This document shows, piece by piece, positions 52,204 to 64,000 of a stretch of 64,000 nt of DNA; position 1 is the stretch's first letter; each line of letters opens with the position of its first letter. Position numbers and translations under genes: made by a program. The DNA comes from Leptogorgia sarmentosa (lineage: Eukaryota). Under the pieces are notes generated by a model that was not told where the DNA came from, did not search any database, and was given only the letters and a program-made list of their open reading frames with translations. Where the stretch lies: the NCBI GenBank assembly GCA_964658305.1, contig OZ210885.1, positions 5,704,001 to 5,768,000 on the forward strand. Direction: 5' to 3'.

Positions 52204-55200
52204 ATGGATCCCTATTTGTTCAAGACGATTCTCATTATATTGTTGTGCCTAGGTTACACATCGTACTCAGTTGAAGGTAAATGATATATTTGTATACTTG
52301 TATGATTGCTATTTGATTGCTGTGTTTACAATGTAACAAATTTCGTCCACAAGGTCAAAGGCCGTACTTCAATGTTTTCTCTAGGATTTAATAATTCAAT
52401 AGATATTTATACTTTCATTACTTTCCACCGTGTTAAAATACATACCATCCGCATACATGCGCATGTGTCGGCGTTTACGCCTCATCAATGCAGCTTTGTA
52501 TACGTGTAATTACGTGATAACTCGACATTTAACCATATAAGAGTGCTCACAGACAGCAGACGCACATGTCACAACACCGAGACATTAAAACATCCACACA
52601 TGCGCAGAGAGTTGTGGGTGCTCAAACAACCTATACAGTGCTCTCACTTCTAAGGATTTTTCCTCAGAAATAGGAATTTAGCAAAGTTTTAAGGATTTTT
52701 TAAGGAATTCAATTTTTAAGGAATTTTCTAAGGAATTTTAATATTTCGAGAAAAGCCACTCTCTCCAGTAAATTCTTTAGCTCAGTGAGAAAAGCCTTTG
52801 GTAAAATGCCCTGAGCTAAAGAATTACTAATTAATAATAAGGTAATTCTTTATCTTAGTGGTAAAATGCCTGTGAAACACATGTCACAGCAAACTAAAAT
52901 TTAAAAAATGGTGATTATAGTTAATTTACATAATTATAGTTTCTGATAAATTGCGCGAATGTGCGCTTCCGGTCCGGCTTAGGAGATGATAAGTCGCTCA
53001 TTCTATCCCATTTTATCTTGTATATACTTTAGTAAGCTCAGGTACCTCACAAATTGTGTTTATTAACGATTTTGAAACTATTTGAGACTTTGAGTCTTGT
53101 TTTTAAAACAAGAGGCAAAAGAACGGGATTGCAGGGTACTTTGGGGGTAGTTGCAAGGATAAACAAGTCATTTAAGGAATTTTGGGAATATCTGAGGAAT
53201 TCCGGAGCTCACGCTAAGGAATTTTGAAAATTCGTTGTGAGAGCGCTGAACCTATACTTAATTACTTATAATTATTATAAAGCTGATTGAAAAAATGTTG
53301 TTGTTCCATAACCTTAAACGATAAACTATGAGCGTGCAAGGGATGCCGGTTGTCGCTCATTCAAACTTCAAAGCCGTTGAAGTGGACAAATCAAGCTTAG
53401 TAAAAATACTAGCCTCATATTTTTCCATATTCATAATATGTCGCAATGTAAAATGCCCTTGGTTTGTGGCTCTACATAGAAATTAACCAGGTTCCCTTCC
53501 ACGCTCATATAATGCAGTTGTGACAAGTTTTTTATACAATATCAATAGGTCTTATAAAACAGACATGCAATCTCATCATATGAAGTCCCTCCCCAGCCGT
53601 TGAACAAAGACCTCAACGGGTAGTACCCAATATTTCTCAATTGAGAACACGGGTAATGCCCACGCTGGACTATCGCCTAAGCTTGCTGGTCGGCGTTTCA
53701 GTATTACTCTTGATATAGTTATATTGGTGTTAGATATAAACCATTTTCCTATATACTAAGAATTTCCTTAATCCCAACCCAAACCCTAGAATCCTAACCC
53801 TGACCATTGTGGTCAGAAAAATATTGAAGAAAAAAAAGTTTTCATCACTAACGCTGAAAAAATGTGTCGAACTGGGGCTTGAACTATCAAACTGCAACGC
53901 ACGCACCGCGTGGCTTACCACTTGAGCTAAATCGGGCTCGCTGCTCACCACTCTGGCCTGGCTAAATGCATTTGATTATAGACCCGGGCAATCACTGTTC
54001 ATAATTTACCAGGCCAGGCTACTTAGACGATAGTCCAGCGTGGGCATTACCCATGTTCTCATTTGAGAAATATCGGGTACTACCCGTTGAGGTCTTTGTT
54101 TAACGGGTGCCCTCCCGCCTGAATGCCAATCTAAATCTAATGTACCGTCAGTACTAAAAATAAAGTGTCAAATGTCACAGCAGTGTTTAAGGTTTTGGTG
54201 GACAACCGTTTTTGAAACAGTTGTATACTGTGTGGTTATGAACTCTAGGATGTTTTTATTTCTTGGTGGGTTGGCAAACATCAATGTGTGGCAATTGTAG
54301 GTAGCATATACGGCCAGTTCTACTCACAACCTAAACGATACGATATAAAATTTGACGTTTCGATCGAGGAAAGGACTTTCGTCGAGATTTAAATGAAATG
54401 CTGGATCTTGTATCGTTCAAGTAGTAGGTGGAACTTTTGCTGCGCGTCGGTAACAAATCGACCAACTCACGCATTTAATGTAAAGCGTTGTCATGAATTT
54501 TGCAAACACTGTTTATTAGAAATATTTATCAGTTACATACCTACCACGAGCTAGCTAGGGGCAGGGAAAATTAATTTTTCTCCAATACCCCAAGATGCAG
54601 GTATGTAACTGATATATTATACCAAACAAAAATACATCTTTTCACATGCAAATAAGCACAAGAAAATGTGATCTTTAATTTATGCGAGCAATATAGGGAA
54701 GTTCGAGCGGGATATTACAAAGTCGAATACCATGCCCCGGAGAAAAACGAAGGGTATAAAGTTCCCATAGCATGATATTCGCTAAAAATGTTGCGGACAC
54801 GTGGTACAAATGTAAGCTTTTGATTGGACAATGTGAATGTGAGGTATAATAATGTACATATATAATGTATCGAGTTACAAAAAGTAATTTTGCGGATTTC
54901 GTAGCGCAACTCTGTAGAAAATGTAAAAATTCTAAAATCAGAAGTTGTTACAAATCGGTTAATGAAATACTAGTGGAATTGACGGTGTGATTATGCCCCA
55001 GATTTTTGCAGCCGCAAACACAAAGTAGCTACCTAAGTTTGCAGTAAAGCAAAGCTGGCCTTTGTACCGCGCGAGTCAATTTTGATGTTTAAAGATGAAG
55101 AGCGTCTGCCGGTATAATTGCGGCCATATTGGTCTTACAAAATCTTTCTTATCGCGATACGAAGCTGAGAGATCAAACAAAGATGGTTTATCTTTACAGT

Positions 55201-58200
55201 CAAAAGCTGTCATGATCCTGGTACACCATGGAAAGGTGGAAAGATAGGAGAGCTGCAAATTGGAGAAACGCTCTATTTTTCTTGCCCTCCATGTCACCAG
55301 CTCAGAGGTAGCGCAACAAGAACATGTTTATCTAATTTGACTTGGTCTGGTCATCAACCAACATGCACGGGTAAGTTCTGTGATTTCAATTTCCTCGAAA
55401 TTCGATTCAGTATAGAAAATCGAAAGACCACTGTAATTCTAAGACCTAATACCCCAAACACCGTGGCTTTCATTCTCACTGGATTGTATACTTGTTTTCC
55501 GGCTAAGGTGAAAATCAGCTTTGTTACAATGTCTGTTTACAACTTTTGTTATTAAAGCTTGTTTGTATCATTATGAGGGATGTTCTACATAAATATTTGC
55601 AAGTGGACAAACGTTTTTAGCAAGCGTGGTCAAGAAATTACTGAATTATGCACGTTATTTTACTTCGCGATTAATTCTGTCAGTGTGCGCTGTATGCTTA
55701 CGTTTAACACTACAGACTATAAAAAAAAAACACGCCCAGCGCCTGCCGTCAGTTTGATAAAGTATAGGAAGAAAAAAATTTCGTCATAAAAGTCATCTTT
55801 ATAACCAAACCGGAACATTGTTCATTTTACTCGTATATGTCTTGCAAAAGACGTTTTCGGGTTATTTAGGCGTATTTTGCAGCTCTCTACAACACCCTAG
55901 AAATGGAAGAATGATTGGATATTCGAGATTCTGTTCGGGCACAAGAACAAAGTTTGAGTGTTTCCCCGGTTACCAGTTGATTGGCTCAAGGAGAATAACT
56001 TGTCAAAGTAACGGAAAGTGGTCTGCAGCGATTCCAACCTGTGTCGGTAAATTAGTAAACATTACTTAATGCTTTTCGTTCAAAAATATTAAGATATTCA
56101 TAATCTATTCAGCTGTCGAATGTAGTTTACTTCAAAATCCAACCAACGGTTATCTAACCTCCAATTCACGACAGTATGATAGCGTTGTACAATATCGCTG
56201 TGACGATGGTTACCAGTTAAATGGATCGCCTCACAGACATTGTCAGAGAAATGGCACGTGGACTGGTAACGACCCAGCCTGTGAAAGTAAGATAAAGATT
56301 ACTGAAGGAAACTTATTTGGCTTATTTTACTTCAGCATAATTAATTGCGTAACGCTTAAAGCCATTATTACTGCAGTTAAAAGCTGTCAAGATCCTGGCA
56401 CACCATGGAGAGGTAGCAAGAATGGAAATCTGCAAGTTGGACAAACGCTGTATTTTTCATGCGCTCAGTGCTACCGGATCAGAGGCAGCTCAACTAGAAC
56501 TTGTTTATCTAATCTAATGTGGTCTGGTCGTCGGCCAACTTGTGCTGGTAAGTTCCATTTGGTTGTAATTTCTGATCCCAGTAAGTCGATAAATGCTGTC
56601 CAGAGGGCTAAACTACAATATTGTCCAGTATAGGCAGAGGACCACCCGTTAAACAAAGACCTCAACGGGTAGTACCCGATATTTCTCAATTGAGAACATG
56701 GGTAATGCCCACGCTGGACTATCGTCTAAGTAGCCTGGCCTGGTAAATTATGAACAGTGATTGCCCGGGTCTATAATCATATGCATTTAGCCAGGCCAGA
56801 GTGGTGAGCAGCGAGCTCGATTTAGCTCAAGCGGTCTTTGTTCAACGGCTGAGAGGACAACAACACCAAATGAGAACAAATGTCGTACTTAACGAAATTA
56901 AACGTCGCATCTTTGTATAGTTGTATCGTTTATGTAGTGAGTAAATTTTGATGCCTTCTCACTTTCCAGCCGTCTTCTATTTCAGATTTGTTTAGATTTT
57001 TGAACGGCTTGTTTTTATTCTGACACACTTTTGACGGTTTTGTTTTGTGTTATTTCCTCTCTGTGTTTAGAATTCACCTATATCCCCCCCCCCCCCCCCT
57101 CCAACGCTTTTTTACCTGTTCCAATATAAATCCTTAAATCAGATTTGAGAGTATAGGACAAAACAAAGTTGAGAAAATATCAGCTTGATAAATTCCATTA
57201 TATGGAAGAATATAATTTAAGTTTGTAAATCCAGTTGTGCATGAGACTAAACAGTTATCGGTGTGAGTATTATATACTATGTTGTTTCCATATCCTACTG
57301 ACAAGAACACAAACAATTTTGTAAAAAGGTCTCACTAGTGGCACACCGTCCCCATAATCAAAGATGTATCGAAATTTTACATGGCAAAACTGAATTTGAA
57401 GAAGGGGGGTGAGGGCCGAGGGGAGAAGTGTTACAACAACTTCTGTCCAACATTGTAGATCTTGACCTAATTCATTTTTCACATAGCCTTGCAGAAATGT
57501 GTATGCTCCTCTGGGCATTAATTAGGTTAATCAGAGAACAACATGATCATTATCAAGCAACAAAATTTCCCGTAAGTGTATAAAACGACCGCGTCAGTTA
57601 AATGGCAACTGGCAGTGCGCACAGCTACAAACATAGTGTAATCAAGGTTACACTCTATACGTCTTAGATATACAGTTGGACATTTGTTGTACTAAACAGC
57701 ACAGAGTACAAAACAATACAGAGGTGCCATGTTATATAGTCTGGACATAAATTAATTTTAGATCTTTTTCAGAAATGAAGTATCCCATGGGCGAAACTTT
57801 ACGAAATCAATTCCAGGTTTTATTAAAATGTTTTATTTAGCTGTGAGATGCGGTACTTTACGACACCCTAGAAATGGAAGAATTGTTTCTCATTCGAGTT
57901 ACTGTGGTGGAAAACCAACACAGTTTATTTGTTACGCTGGTTATCAGCTAGTGGGCTCAAGAAGGATAACTTGTCAGAGTAATGGAAAATGGTCTGCAGC
58001 GATTCCAACCTGCGTCGGTAGGTTTTAAAGTGCCTATACCGCGAAATTTTCACCAACATTTCGTTGATCGCATTGTAGTGACGACTCAAAATGTCTTATA
58101 GCTTCTCTGGTAGAATTTTTAAAACGCTCTTTCCTGTTGAATCATGATATTCAAGTTCATCGATCAATAGAATATAACCAAAAAACATAAAACAATTTTT

Positions 58201-61200
58201 ATGAGTAAAAGTACAGTACCATTAAGCAGAGATTTTTTACAAAATCAAGCATTGGCAATCGGATGCAAACATGGCGGCCAGATTTTATATTATATGGGTA
58301 CTTCACTACATGTTTTTACACGGAAGCAGTCCGATTCTCATTTAATTTTCTCCAATAACACAAATATGTTAGTGGAAAATTGAAGTGGAAAATTCAGAAA
58401 CAGGATGAATTAAACAGTGATGCGCTGCAGTGTTACTCAATCTGCATTGGAAGCCTGGCCAACTATTAATGTGGCTTAGTGATGCAGCCTCGCTGCATCA
58501 CTATATGCATGTGCTTACTGAAATAATATATATGTATATATAGTTGTTGTGATGACAACTCATCCAGTCTACCTATAGAGCTCAGTGATTAAATTGCCTG
58601 TTACCAAGTTTTGAGCGTTTTGAGAAAAAATTACGCGATTTTGTAAAAAAATCTCCTCCTAATTTATATGATTGGCATAATATTTTACACAAGTTTACCA
58701 ATGCGCCGGTAATTAATAAAATTCCAGTTTCACGAATACCATTTGAATCAAAAGTGGCGAAACTAGATCGTTAATTGGGGACAGGGTGGGGGGATATTTA
58801 TATTTTCGTGTTTTGCCACGAATGAATTAATTCAAGAACAACTGAAGATTTTAAAAGAAATCCGTCGGGCAGAACACGAATATATGAATATCCCCACCCC
58901 CAATCAACGTTTTGGTTTCGCCCGTGCTTGTCTGTCGGCATTTCTAGTAACCTCTTTCTTGGAACTTCCGATAAATATAATCGGATCGAAAAAAAATTTT
59001 TTCCACTGCAGTGTTGTTAGCCGGCAAAGAACATATCTATTTTCGGCCTTTCCTGTTAAAATTGGAATTTCTAAAGAAAAATATTAATTGAATCTCGGAA
59101 AACAAATTTTTCCAATGAAATCCAGCCGGCCAGACAACATATACGCATGTGGTCAAGTCAATTATTCATTTTGTAATTCTTAGACGGTATTTGAACCTCT
59201 GCTTATAATATAAGGTAACATATTCTAATTCCGATTTTAGCTGTTACGACAACTCCAACGAGGAGCAAAATACTCCAACAAAGCACTATGTTTGCCACTG
59301 CCACACCTGAAATTCACAGCAGCATTTCCAGCTTGAGCTCCAATCAATTTGGTACAACTCTTGCTGCAGGTAGAATATTACAAGAATTAATTACGTTTAA
59401 TATGAAAAATCTGCTTCAATGTAAACAGTCATGTTTTCAAGACTTTCTAACTCATTAGTAGTTATCAATTCTATACTGCTAAGCTCCATGGTATTGATTA
59501 AAGCGCTCTACTTTGTACCATATATACTAATGCCCCTTTTACACGACCAAATTTTCCTTGATAAATTTCTGGTGTCATATACATTTGCACAGAAGCTAAC
59601 TAACCAGTTTTGAAACACATGCATTTGTCAAAATAAATTTAGCGAATATTATCGATATACATATACGGTCAATATGAAATATGAAATTTGTCAAAGAAAA
59701 TTTTTTCCTCTAGAAAGGGCTTGAATTGATAAACTGCCGTGAACATTTCTAAGTGTCCTAGCTAAAACTTTTTTTCACCAACTTCACATAATAGTAAACC
59801 TTCCTAGTTACCTCATATAATACAAACCTTTTACACTGACCATACATATGGTAAACCTTGCTCATTGACTTCACATATGGTAAACCTTGCTCATTGACCT
59901 CACATATGGTAAACCTTGCTCATTGACTTCACATATGGTAAACCTTGCTCATTGACCTCACATATGGTAAACCTTGCTCATTGACTTCACATATGGTAAA
60001 CCTTTCTCATTGACCTCACATATGGTTATTAACCTTTCTTATCGACTTCACATATGGTAAACCTTCCTCAGTTAACTCACATATGGTTATTAACCTTTCT
60101 TATTGACTTCACATATGGTAAACCTTCCTCAGTTAACTCACATATGGTTATTAACCTTTCTCATGCATTGACTTCACATATGGTAAACCTTTCTTACTAA
60201 ACTCACATATGGTTATTAACCTTTCTTATTGACCTCACCTCATGCTCACTGATCTCACATGTAGTAAACCTTAATCGCGAAGTTTATTCTTTAGGTTCTT
60301 CTTGTGGCAATCCGGTCCTCCCATCGAAAGCAAAAATTAGTTATCTCAGGAAGAATGTTTTGGTAATTCGTTGTAAAGAAAATTATGTGACTGTAACAGC
60401 CGGGTTCATGTTGTGTACTAGACATATATGGAGAAGCGTTACAGAGCTTTCTTGCATAGGTACGTGTAAGATTTGAACGTTTTGAAATGATTCATTAAAG
60501 CACACGGACTTTGAAATCAAGGGTTCCAACTCTAATTGGCCTTCGAGGCCTCCAGGGGCCGGGGGGGGGGGGGGGGGGGTCCGGACCCCCCACCCCCATT
60601 TTTGTTCAAAACATGTCTTTCAATTCCTTCAAAATCAAGTAAAAAAGCGGATATAAGCAATATCGGGTACGCCTCCTCATAGTCTAATCACCATTGCATT
60701 CTCAACATTTGATTAATATATTATTTGATTAATATACACACACATTAGGCTGTTTTGCTTAAGGTGCCCTTATGAAACATGTGTTATTTTCAAGTTCATA
60801 ACATCCCCGCCTAAAATACATGAAATACGTTTGGACATATTTGTATGCGGAGTATAACTGTATATGATCTACTGGATCTGGATGAATAGACCCCCTCACT
60901 TTTGTAGGGCTGGCTACGCCCCTGGAAACCTCTCCAGATTTCAACAAGTTATTTCAAACCTTAGACATTTTCAATGTGCTTTATGGAAAGTCCTAGAATT
61001 CTTGGTTTCAAAACTCTTTTAAAATATTAACTGAATTAGAGAATAACCATTCAGTGCTTAATTAGGTCGTGAATAGAACGTTTGCTGTTTCCTCATTCTG
61101 CTTTCTAACTTGTTTTTGTATGCATTTTCAGGAAAATATTGTACCGATCCTGGTAATCCTAGAAATGGATATAAACATGGTTCATCCTATTTGGCTGGTG

Positions 61201-62468
61201 ACGTGGTGACATTTACATGTAATGATTGCTACCGATTGGTTGGTCCTTCCAAGATAACGTGTTTGACAAGTGAATTTGGAGTCACATTATACCAAGATGT
61301 GCTTGTAAGTCATCTACACATTGTTGATGTTTGAAGATCAAAATATTTATTGTGATATGCAATATTTATTGATAGAGAGACAATATATTTCGAGCATTTA
61401 TTGAGGAGCATTTATTTTTACGCATCTTTTGAATGAGATGTTTCCACAGTCTGCAAAGGTCAAAACAAGTAACTTTAATGTATAATAGGTTGATGAGTTA
61501 TTTGTGCTTCTAAACGTCTCATTCAAACAGGTAGACGACATCCGGGACACCGGTCCAGATACGGGAAATACGGACCACGGTCCGGATATGGGTTTTTACG
61601 GACCGCTTGTCAACCAATCAGAATAGAGAATTTTGAAAGCCATATAATAAAACGGATTATCTCGACTTTCAAACAAAAACAGCGAAATTAATATGAAAGG
61701 TTCTATGCGATGATAACATTGGAAAACGTCTTTCAAATTGCGAATCTAGTGTCGTGTAACTGTGTTGTATATCACTGGGGCAATTTTCTATGACCACCAT
61801 TTACATAACCAGCACCAGAATCACCTCATTATGAATATCATTCTTTCTTTCAAGTGAAAATGTGTCCTCCACTCAGGAACACAAGGCAAGCCACCGTATC
61901 TTACGTCTCGGTAACATGTAACGCTGTAGCCACATACACATGTAAAGATACCAAACTGACTATGGTGGGTTCAGGAAAGAAAATATGTAACAAAAGGGGA
62001 ATGTGGGAGGGAGCAGAACCGCATTGTATCAGTAAGTTTCATTATTCAGTCATTGACTTTTGTTGTTTGTTGTTTGACCACATTTTGAAAAATACAATAC
62101 ACACAATACACACAATACACACAATACACACAATACACGCATGAGCATGAACCGACTATTTCTGCAAAAAGGAATCAGAAACCTAAATCTATTAATATTG
62201 TGTCTCATAATCTCATTCAATTCAACCTATTTCCTTACGTATACATATTTCAGGAAAATCTTGTACTGATCCTGGTATTCCAAGAAATGGATATAAACAT
62301 GGTTCATCCTATTTGGCTGGTGACGTGGTGACATTTACATGTAATGATTGCTACCGTTTGGTTGGTCCTTCCAAGATAACGTGTTTGACAAGTGGAAGTT
62401 GGAGTCACACTAAACCAAGATGTCAAATACTGTCTGGTCCATTGGGATACGGGTGCGACTTTGATTAA
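52204..62468 (+). CDS. Paralog of the secreted multi-CCP protein; carries a 1-nt frameshift in exon 9, so possibly a pseudogene; 3' end uncertain
   Basis: Exons 52204-52276 (signal peptide MDPYLFKTILIILLCLGYTSYSVEG), 55200-55370, 55870-56046, 56113-56286, 56377-56547, 57841-58017, 59241-59369 (linker), 60295-60459, 61132-61304 (173 nt, frameshifted), 61855-62031 and 62254-62468 (no donor at the expected position, runs to TAA). Exon-by-exon homology to the minus-strand gene. Confidence 0.8.
52636..53248. mobile_element. hAT-like MITE, 8-bp TSD AACCTATA, subterminal TAAGGAATT repeats
   Basis: aacctata|cagtgctctcac ... gtgagagcgctg|aacctata. Confidence 0.88.
53594..54109. mobile_element. Second copy of the 7-bp-TSD element
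   Basis: ccctccc|cagccgttgaac ... tttaacgggtg|ccctccc. Confidence 0.9.
56643..56851. mobile_element. Internally deleted, inverted third copy of the 7-bp-TSD element
   Basis: agaggac|cacccgttaaac ... ttcaacggctg|agaggac. Confidence 0.88.
59780..60272. repeat. 29-bp minisatellite (CACATATGGTAAACCTTGCTCATTGACYT) with 33-bp variants
   Basis: cacatatggt recurs at 59872, 59901, 59930 and onward. Confidence 0.93.
62092..62138. repeat. 9-bp tandem repeat (ACAATACAC) x~5
   Basis: Read directly. Confidence 0.9.
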
Positions 62469-62540
62469 AATGCTCTTTGGCGCCCCTATTTTGGAATTTT
62501 TTGGATAATTTATATGTTATTTTGAAGGAAATGATACAAC

Positions 62541-62820
62541 CCAGATGATCTCGTACTCGTGTTTCAGCCAATCAGCGCTCAGAAAGGGTTGTCCGAATAG
62601 AAATCCATTTTGCTATATTCACACGATTATATCTTTCGTTATTCTGTACGAAACTACTTGAAATTTTGTAAATATGTTTGGTTATGAGAACTATAGCTCT
62701 GACAAAAATTTGGAATCGAAATAAAGTATATTACGGGATATATTCAGTTGTTTCGGTCGGAAAATGGATTTCTATTTGACAGCTAGTCCCAGTCCTTTTC
62801 CGTGTATCCAGATCACCTGG
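62541..62820. mobile_element. MITE with 2-bp TSD (AC), same family as 44704-44986
   Basis: ac|ccagatgatctcg ... gatcacctgg|ac. Confidence 0.85.
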
Positions 62821-63276
62821 ACCATTGAAGTAAAATAATGAGAGAAGATGATTTTGAGTATAACAAGTTGAGCGCAAGAAGAAATTTTTTTAACAAAGTG
62901 GAAGCAATATATTTTTTAAAACAAGAAAAATGATTTTTCAAATCTTTATATTTACATTGGTTTTTAATATGTTGGGTTGGAAATTATGTACTACACAGTT
63001 TGCAATGATTTAAATGGCAAGGCCGTCGGAAATGGGGGGGGGGGGCGGGGGGGCTTGAGTTTACATGTACAAAACAAACCAAAACAAAACACTCAGACTA
63101 GAAAAATTGCGAACCTGATCTTCAGAATTCTAAAATATGTACTTCCCAAAACGCTGGAAATCCTATTTTCGGGGGTTCTAGATTTCAAAATTTTCTACGG
63201 GGGGCATACCCCCTAGCAGCGCGAACGCCTTCGGTATTCGCCTAGTGCTGAGGCTTCTGGCGAGCCCCCCAATGTA

Positions 63277-63862
63277 CAGGGTGTCTCAAAAAAAAGGTAA
63301 TCCAACTTTGGCATGCCATTGTGCGTTAATTACTGGGTGTACAAACGTGATTTTTGCATGGTCATAAAGATCAAGGTCTTAGCAGTTGAATGACATATTT
63401 CTTGTACGATATGGAAGAAAATCAGGCAAATGCAAGCGTGTTGAAAAATCTCGGTGAAAAACGCATTCTTTCACCTCTGTGCCTAATTAAAGCAGTGCAT
63501 AACAAAAGAAAAATGCAATTCATCATGAATGTGTCATGGTAACAAAGATTTTATCAGGATTATGAATAATTATGCATAATCAGGTCGATTGTTGAAGGGA
63601 AGGTCGTCATCTTCGAGTCCCAGAGGGAGTTAATTTTGAATAAGTTTAGCTGCAATTCTCAGAGGTGAAAGAATGCGTTTTTCACCGAGATTTTTCAACA
63701 CGCTTGCATTTGCCTGATTTTCTTCCATATCGTACAACAAATATGTCATTCAACTGCTAAGACCTTGATCTTTATGACCATGCAAAAATCACGTTCGTAC
63801 ACCCAGTAATTAACGCACAATGGCATGCCAAAGTTGGATTACCTTTTTTTTGAGACACCCTG
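63277..63862. mobile_element. Tc1/mariner-type MITE with ~200-bp near-perfect TIRs and TA TSD, nested in an older TIR element (63018-63885)
   Basis: ta|cagggtgtctcaaaaaaaaggtaatccaactttggc ... gccaaagttggattaccttttttttgagacaccctg|ta; outer caaggccgtcggaa / ttccgacggccttg. Confidence 0.9.
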
Positions 63863-64000
63863 TATATTTGCTTCCGACGGCCTTGCATGTAATCGCATTT
63901 TATCGACAATGTAATCGCATTTTAATCGACTTATCTTCAATAAGTATAAAGTAATAATCTTCAATATGATTAACATGTAATCGCATTTTGTCCTTGTAAA

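Noticed and set aside
54249..54300. Extra exon of the + strand CCP gene
   Set aside because: 52 nt would shift the frame between phase-1 exons, and it has no counterpart in the paralog.

Overview
AT-rich, intron-rich animal genomic DNA. A cnidarian/anthozoan origin is plausible from the domain content and repeat landscape, but this is inference only. Splicing the ORF fragments by hand (GT-AG, phase-checked) gives six gene models. (1) The last two coding exons of a PCNA-associated factor (PCLAF/PAF15) on +. (2) A 16-exon secreted protein on - (909 aa): signal peptide, 9 CCP/Sushi, S/T linker, 3 CCP and a degenerate F-type lectin domain. (3, 4) Two tandem, recently duplicated two-exon genes on - encoding stand-alone kinase + KEN ribonuclease proteins (IRE1/RNase L family) with no luminal, TM or ankyrin region. 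(5) A 13-exon type I receptor on + (977 aa): beta-trefoil, SUEL lectin, SRCR, F5/8C, 2 FN3, an RPTP-type juxtamembrane domain, TM and a tyrosine-motif tail with an ITAM-like pair but no phosphatase. (6) An inverted paralog of the CCP gene on +, with a frameshifted exon. Together these look like a compact innate-immunity cluster. Introns and spacers carry many MITEs, GA-mismatch hairpin elements, minisatellites and an orphan terminal exon. Domain names come from motif recognition, not database searches.
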